Part shown: positions 58,693-64,000 of the stretch, in pieces | Numbering within the stretch: position 1 is the stretch's first letter | Layout of the letters: each line of letters starts with the position of its first letter | Source: Chloroflexia bacterium | Lineage (GTDB): Bacteria > Chloroflexota > Chloroflexia > QHBQ01 > JADMIH01 | Assembly (NCBI GenBank): GCA_036386675.1 | Contig: DASVVE010000063.1 | Coordinates: 2,279-66,278, forward strand | DNA length: 64,000 bases | Reading direction: 5' to 3' | Notes under the pieces: generated by a model | The model's database searches: none | What the model was told of the DNA's origin: nothing | What the model saw: the letters and a program-made list of their open reading frames with translations, nothing else | Position numbers and translations under genes: made by a program

Positions 58693-59003
58693 GCGAAGTA
58701 AAGGTCACCGGTTGGCGGGGAACGCAGCCCGTTACTGAAGCCGCGATCCAGGGCCTCCTCAGGGCAGAAGGCCTGTCGGCTTATGCATGGCAGAATGGCC
58801 CAAACGACACCTACGCCGCGCACAGCCACTCGTATGACAAGGTCATATACGTCGTACGCGGCTCGATTACCTTCGGGTTACCGAAGCTGGGCGAGAGTGT
58901 TTCGCTGGCCGCGGGAGACCGCCTAGACCTGCCCAGGGGCGTGCGGCACGATGCGCAAGTCGGGCCTGAGGGGGTAGCCTGTCTGGAAGCACACTTGCCT
59001 TGA
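58689..59003 (+). CDS. Cupin-domain protein
   Basis: 104 aa; AHSHSYDKVIYVVRGS…GVRHDA; ATGA overlap with the upstream cupin gene. Confidence 0.7.
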   Translation: MSEVKVTGWRGTQPVTEAAIQGLLRAEGLSAYAWQNGPNDTYAAHSHSYDKVIYVVRGSITFGLPKLGESVSLAAGDRLDLPRGVRHDAQVGPEGVACLEAHLP

Positions 59004-59339
59004 CCGGCCAACGCGCCGCGATGGGACTTCAGGCTTGCGTCTGCTCGTTGTCCCGCAGATCGGCTTCAACGGTATCGCGGTCCCCTTCAGCCTGGCTGGG
59101 CCTTACGTCTTCTATAGGGTCCTGACCTTCAGGCTGTGGAATGGTACTTGAGTTGTCTTCCTCGATGCTTTGGCGGTTGTCTTGCGTGTCGTGGGTCATA
59201 GCCTGCTCCTTCTTGGTTACCGGTAATGGGGTTTTCTTCGTGTTTCCAGGTTAGCAAATGACATACCATTGTTGTTATTGTTAGGTTTAGGGATGTAGTT
59301 ATTTGGGATATGTCAACCACATTCTTCTGTTAAGGGGGA

Positions 59340-61577
59340 CTATGGGGTAACGGAGTCTAGAACTTCGATGCTTGCGGTGAATCTAAGTTCAGGTTGACCA
59401 GCGCTCCCTGCCGTCGCTTGCAGAACCCACGCCCCTGCTACCGGGAATTCTGCCTCGGTGGTATATTGCCCCGCTTCGGAACTCTCCCTCATCGGTATTG
59501 GCTGTTCAGCTAGTTTACGACCCGCTGGACCTAATGCGTTCAGGTTCACGTCAACGCCACTCACCAGCTGACCTTCCGCACCGTACATCTCAACCGCTAG
59601 GACGTCACGGCCCACAATCGCAGGCTCTGGCATGGTGGTAAACCGCGCCTCAAGGTATTCGATTGCACGTACGGTTATTTGCCCCGATTCTGTTAGTGTC
59701 AGCCAAAAGGCGGCCTTCAGGTCGCGGCTGGTGTTCCTCCGAGCGACTGCTGTTACAAGGTAATCCCCCTGGAATGCGAGCACCGGTGCCCTGGCGACCC
59801 ATGCCTGCCCATTTCCGGTCTCCTGGGGAGCGAGTTCTGCCTCAAGTACCGTGCTCCCCGCCTCTACGTCCTGCGGACTTACAGTAAGTAGCAGCCTTGT
59901 TACGTCCGTTGCCAGGTCCTGGCCGGTTGCTCCGGAAGCAAGTGTCAGGGTGAAAACTTCACCAGCGTCTGCCTGCGATACACGGAGCACGAACGACGTG
60001 CCCGCAACGGAAGTTGCTGCCTCTACCGGCAACATCGTAGCGGCGACAGTGGGGCTGGTGCTCGCTACCGCTGCCGTCGGCAGGGTCAGGCCACGTTGGT
60101 CGGCATCGGTGGAAGCGATTATGACGGCGCTCGGCGGCGGTAGGAGGGTTAGACCTCCGGCACACAGCAGGACGACGGACATAATAGCAATCTCCAGCCT
60201 CACATTGCGCTTGAAGCTCGAGACGGGGCTGTCACTTTCTCCTAAACGTGCGAGTCGCAGGCGAGGAGTGAGATACGCCAGGTTTATGGCACCAATGAGG
60301 ATGAGGGCACCAAATAGGAGTACCTTCAGGCCTACTACTTGTCCGTAAAGACTGGAGGCGATGGCCGGGAGGTCGGTAGTCTGTATTGCCAGGTTGTAGG
60401 TGCCTGATACGCCAAGCGCCAGCACGCTCACCAGGGCGAGCCTGGAAAACCTCGGCACCGCAGCCATCAGGAACACCCTGCGTTCATCCGGGTCGATGCT
60501 CTGGTGCCGGTATGCCGGGAACAACACGACCGCAAAGAAGAGCAGGCCACCAATCCAGGTCGAGGCAGTTACAAGGTGTACCCAGTCACTGATAACGGGT
60601 AGCGGCAACCCCGCCACGTTTTCGCCCTGCACCGCCGCCGGGTGACTGCTCAGCGACTCCGCAAGCAGGAAGAGAGACCCCGCCGCGATGCCTATCTCCC
60701 ACAGCCCCCCACCGGCCCTCCGGCGAACCCATATGAACGTGAACAGGCAGAACAACACCACCGCACCCAACATCTTCATGGTCCACGCGAAGCCGTAACG
60801 TGTGGATGCGAGAAGCAGGCTACCCAGATCGGGATTGCCAAGTGCGCCGAGCATATCCGTCTGGGAAATGGCCGCTACCTGCGCCCAGAAGTCGAGTGCC
60901 AGCAGAGGCACCAATGCGGCGGCCGCAATCGCCCCTGTTTGCGCAAACCCCAAGCCCAGCGCCGGCCACAGGTCTTTCCAGGCCAGCCGTAGCTCCGCCG
61001 CCGCAGGCTCGACCACCAGGACCAGGAATATAGCTCCACCGAGGCAGAAGGTGATGCACGCAAGCACGAGGGCACGCACGAGCCAATGCACCGGGCTTGG
61101 ATTCTGCGCTGCCGTTCCGAGTTCTGTCTCCATGCCTCCGGTGGCGCCGAGGACCGCTTCAGGCGGCGTCTGAGGGCTTTCACCGGCACTTAGCACCCGG
61201 AACACAAAGCTCCCGGTTGTAAAGTGGCCGTCAATAGCTGACACCACGCGCCACACGACGCCGTAAGTCCCAGGCGGCAAGCTACTGTCTAGGGCGGCAC
61301 TTATGCTACTCTCGCCAGGCGCGCTGTACCCAATGCGACCGAGCGGCAACTCCCTGCGGCTGCGGTCGAAGAGGACTATAGAGCTGAAATCGAGAGACAC
61401 AGCCTCACTAAGGCTGATCTCTATGTGCTCGGGGGAGGCTTCGAGTGAGGTGCCGGGAGCGGGATTGCTGCCGAGCAGGCGGGCGTGGGCGTGGGCTGAG
61501 GCGGGGCCAAGCAGGGCGCCGACCCACAGCATAGCAAAGAGCAAGACCACGCGCCCTTTCGGCCAGTGCTTCATCAT
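59340..61577 (-). CDS. CopC–CopD fusion copper-resistance/import protein with C-terminal YtkA-like periplasmic domains (YcnJ-like)
   Basis: Start at MMKHWPKG (SD GAGGAA); signal peptide, then CopC motif AHAHARLLGSNPAPG; 8-TM CopD core; ~280-aa C-terminal extracytoplasmic region. Confidence 0.75.
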   Translation of the reverse strand: MMKHWPKGRVVLLFAMLWVGALLGPASAHAHARLLGSNPAPGTSLEASPEHIEISLSEAVSLDFSSIVLFDRSRRELPLGRIGYSAPGESSISAALDSSLPPGTYGVVWRVVSAIDGHFTTGSFVFRVLSAGESPQTPPEAVLGATGGMETELGTAAQNPSPVHWLVRALVLACITFCLGGAIFLVLVVEPAAAELRLAWKDLWPALGLGFAQTGAIAAAALVPLLALDFWAQVAAISQTDMLGALGNPDLGSLLLASTRYGFAWTMKMLGAVVLFCLFTFIWVRRRAGGGLWEIGIAAGSLFLLAESLSSHPAAVQGENVAGLPLPVISDWVHLVTASTWIGGLLFFAVVLFPAYRHQSIDPDERRVFLMAAVPRFSRLALVSVLALGVSGTYNLAIQTTDLPAIASSLYGQVVGLKVLLFGALILIGAINLAYLTPRLRLARLGESDSPVSSFKRNVRLEIAIMSVVLLCAGGLTLLPPPSAVIIASTDADQRGLTLPTAAVASTSPTVAATMLPVEAATSVAGTSFVLRVSQADAGEVFTLTLASGATGQDLATDVTRLLLTVSPQDVEAGSTVLEAELAPQETGNGQAWVARAPVLAFQGDYLVTAVARRNTSRDLKAAFWLTLTESGQITVRAIEYLEARFTTMPEPAIVGRDVLAVEMYGAEGQLVSGVDVNLNALGPAGRKLAEQPIPMRESSEAGQYTTEAEFPVAGAWVLQATAGSAGQPELRFTASIEVLDSVTP

Positions 61578-61663
61578 TACGATTCCTCGCCACCATCTTA
61601 ACGCAAATGGGAGAAGCGGCGAAGCTGCCTCTCCCATGTGAGGGTGTCATTTCGTAACCAGAT

Positions 61664-62110
61664 CTAACCGGCTTCGAGAGTCGCCTGAACGCGAATGTCC
61701 ACGTTGCCCGCGATGGCCCCGGAGACGGGGCAGTTGCGCGCGGTGTTCTCGGCGGCTGCCTGGAAGGCTTCCTGGTCGATTCCCGGCACGCGGCCCGTTA
61801 CCTCCAGGTCCATCGTGGTGACCTTCAGCTTCCCGTCAACCCGGTCCAGGGTGCAGGTAGCGGCTACCGACACCCGCTCAGGTGTGTTCCCTTGCTTCGC
61901 AAGGTCGTTAGATAGAGCCATAGAGAAACAGGCTGCCTCCGCCGCAGCCATCAATTCTTCGGGACTGGTCTTTCCGTTGGAGCTTTCCGTGCGCGAGGCC
62001 CATGTAACGGGAAACTCCTCCAGGGCACCGCTACCTACCTGTACCCTGCCCTGCCCTTCGGTCAGGTTGCCCTCCCACACCGCGTTAGCTCGTCTTTCAG
62101 CTAGTGCCAT
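61664..62110 (-). CDS. osmC: OsmC/Ohr-family peroxiredoxin
   Basis: 148 aa; paired Cys (…AACFSMAL… and …ARNCPVSG…) in OsmC spacing. Confidence 0.85.
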   Translation of the reverse strand: MALAERRANAVWEGNLTEGQGRVQVGSGALEEFPVTWASRTESSNGKTSPEELMAAAEAACFSMALSNDLAKQGNTPERVSVAATCTLDRVDGKLKVTTMDLEVTGRVPGIDQEAFQAAAENTARNCPVSGAIAGNVDIRVQATLEAG

Positions 62111-62326
62111 TGTTTAGCTTCCTCCTGGTTGTACTGCTCGACCAGCGTCGATACTTCTCGGCATTATAACATTTGTGCCCTGATTGGTCATGTGGCCTTA
62201 GTGTAGCTTTAGGGGATATGTAAACCAAGCGGGCCGCGCCTTTTTTGACGTACAAATGCGCAACCTTAGCGACTGCGCATTTGTAACGTAGCTGCTACCT
62301 ATGAACCGGCGCTCAATAGCTCAATA

Positions 62327-63265
62327 TCAGTAGCCTGTTAGCCTATCAATCATTCCGCGCTCTTTAGCCGCGTTCTCCACCCAGTTGTAGAACAGGTACG
62401 ATGCGACCATGCAGACCACGGCTGAAAACGTGAGGATGCCGAGCAACTGCCAGTTATCGAACTGGGCCAGCACCGGGCTGACCGCCTGGGTTACCGCCTG
62501 CCCGTTCTCAGACTGGACCGTCACAGTAAGAATGCCGCCTTCCATCGCGCGGCGCATGCCCTCCAGCCAATACGTGATTGGCACGCCCAGGCTGATCTCC
62601 TTCAATGGCGTCGGCAGGATGTCAACCGCGAAATAGGCGCCGCTGAACAACAAGAGGCTGCCGCCCACCACCTCACCTATCGCCGCCCCGTTTCTGGCGA
62701 CCACCAGTGCCACGCCCGCCATTATGATGCCCAGCGACAGCAGGATCACCAGGCCGAGTATGAAGTAGACTAGGAGCCAGCCCCAGGCGATTTGTGCCAG
62801 GTCGAGATGCAGCCCCAGGAAGAGCACTCCCGTTACGAGCAGGATTACGGTGGTCACCAGCCCGATCAACATCTTTGCTACCGCCCTACCCAACAGGTAG
62901 GACAGGTGGCGAGCCGGAGACGTGTAAATGTACTTGAGCATCCGGTAGTTCTCACGATCGTCCAGCACCGCCCACGCCATACCCGACAGCGCCTGCAACA
63001 CCACCATGAAGAACGCGTTGCTCACGTACAGGTAATCGAAGAAGTTGTCCCGCTGGCCGCCTCGGATCACCTCGTACATGACGTAGAGGATGAGGGCCGA
63101 AGCCATCGGGCGCAGGATCGTGAAAATGAAAAACACCAGCGGATCGGCCCAGTTCCCTTCCACCTGCCAGCCGAGCCACGCCGCAATCCTGAAGGTCCGC
63201 AGGTTCTGGCGGGCCTCCGACATGGGGCGAGCTTCATCCCGCTCGGTCGTCTGTGCCTCTAGCAT
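62327..63265 (-). CDS. ABC-2 family transporter permease
   Basis: 312 aa, 6 TM with ABC-2 topology. Confidence 0.7.
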   Translation of the reverse strand: MLEAQTTERDEARPMSEARQNLRTFRIAAWLGWQVEGNWADPLVFFIFTILRPMASALILYVMYEVIRGGQRDNFFDYLYVSNAFFMVVLQALSGMAWAVLDDRENYRMLKYIYTSPARHLSYLLGRAVAKMLIGLVTTVILLVTGVLFLGLHLDLAQIAWGWLLVYFILGLVILLSLGIIMAGVALVVARNGAAIGEVVGGSLLLFSGAYFAVDILPTPLKEISLGVPITYWLEGMRRAMEGGILTVTVQSENGQAVTQAVSPVLAQFDNWQLLGILTFSAVVCMVASYLFYNWVENAAKERGMIDRLTGY

Positions 63266-63275
63266 CTGTTACTCC

Positions 63276-63992
63276 TTACTGCCACCGCAAGCTTAACCGT
63301 GCCTCGACCTTCGCCAGCCATTCCATGCGCTTGAGCATCAGGTAAGCCACTGTCACGAACACCACGCCCATGGCAGCCAGCGCTCCAAGCTCCAGACCCC
63401 ACGGCAGCACACCCTCGATCTTGCCGGGGAAGAGCAACTGCCTCAGAGCGTCAAGTCCGAGGCCGACCGGGATAATCGCGGAGATGACGGTGGTGAGCGC
63501 CTGGATGCTGTTGAAAAGCTGGTTCAGGGGGAAGTTCATGCCCGACATAAAGAACACAGGCTCCTGGAGAGCCAGCGAGACCTGCCACGCCTCGCGCCCC
63601 CACATCAGGAAGACCGAGCTAAGTACCATGCCCAGTCCGTACAGCGCGACCATCGTAACGAAGAAGACGAGGGCCGCCGCTCCCCACTGAGAAACATCGA
63701 TCTGGACGTTGAACAGCAACGTCCCCACAATGGCTATAGAACCGGCGCGTAAAGTGCTCATATACAAGCCCCCCACACCCATGCCGAGCAAAATCGCCAT
63801 CATGGAGGCGGGTGACATTATGTAGATTTCGAGCAACCCGGCCTGCTTGTCCCAGTAAAGCTGCGAGGCCATCATCCAGAGCACGTTCAGCCAGTACGTA
63901 GCCAGGGCCGCCCCCAGCACCACAAAGCCGACGTACGCCGGATCGGCCTGTAGCGCTTTGTAAAGGAAGACAGAGGCCGACATGGTAATCAT
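63276..63992 (-). CDS. ABC-2 family transporter permease (N-terminus may extend beyond window end)
   Basis: ≥238 aa, 6 TM; the first Met lies 8 nt from the window edge, so the true start is undetermined. Confidence 0.65.
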   Translation of the reverse strand: MITMSASVFLYKALQADPAYVGFVVLGAALATYWLNVLWMMASQLYWDKQAGLLEIYIMSPASMMAILLGMGVGGLYMSTLRAGSIAIVGTLLFNVQIDVSQWGAAALVFFVTMVALYGLGMVLSSVFLMWGREAWQVSLALQEPVFFMSGMNFPLNQLFNSIQALTTVISAIIPVGLGLDALRQLLFPGKIEGVLPWGLELGALAAMGVVFVTVAYLMLKRMEWLAKVEARLSLRWQ

Positions 63993-64000
63993 GGGTATGA

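Noticed and set aside
1-64000. Search for CRISPR arrays, rRNA, tRNA (especially flanking the integrase islet) and IS-element terminal inverted repeats
   Set aside because: No regularly spaced direct repeats, no cloverleaf-compatible segments with conserved T-loop (GTTCxAxTC) near the islet boundaries, and no transposase ORFs were seen. Absence by eye is not proof; tRNAscan or Infernal would settle it.

Overview
High-GC bacterial chromosome segment, with GC-rich third codon positions throughout apart from one AT-richer islet. The gene content points to Chloroflexi or a similar lineage: a giant 'Chlor_Arch_YYY'-type membrane protein carrying a YYYxG motif and C-terminal TPRs, SLH-domain cell-wall proteins, and a split B12-mutase large subunit. 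This lineage call is an inference from family knowledge, not a search result. Gene density is high and genes are often coupled through 1–4 nt overlaps.

In order along the window:
- a complete livKHMGF branched-chain amino-acid ABC importer (minus strand)
- a 2064-aa polytopic GT-C-like/YYY/TPR protein
- a NUDIX hydrolase, a Tat component and CutA
- a MoxR AAA+ / von Willebrand A (Bat-like) cluster preceded by a large membrane-anchored protein with a low-complexity tail
- a 5-oxoprolinase (PxpA plus fused PxpBC)
- a long minus-strand leucine-catabolism/acyl-CoA block: methylmalonyl-type mutase large subunit, BCCP, biotin carboxylase, HMG-CoA lyase, MCC alpha, methylglutaconyl-CoA hydratase, MCC beta
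- a 7Fe ferredoxin, an SLH-anchored amidase, a YumC-type FNR and leucyl aminopeptidase
- a Wzm/Wzt exporter pair, a CDF transporter and a BNR/Asp-box protein
- a 1054-aa secreted multidomain protein (CarbopepD_reg–SpoIID–PA14–dockerin–cohesin-like)
- two methyltransferases, a GH1 beta-glucosidase and a YqcC-like protein
- an AT-richer ~3.7-kb islet (vWA-like membrane protein, 12-TM protein, tyrosine recombinase)
- a small stress-like module (three hydrophilic small proteins, two cupins)
- a CopC-CopD (YcnJ-like) fusion, OsmC and two ABC-2 permeases.

No rRNA, tRNA or CRISPR array was recognised. The candidates most likely to be novel are the AT-rich integrase islet, the giant YYY/TPR glycosyltransferase-like protein and the atypical MoxR–vWA cluster.
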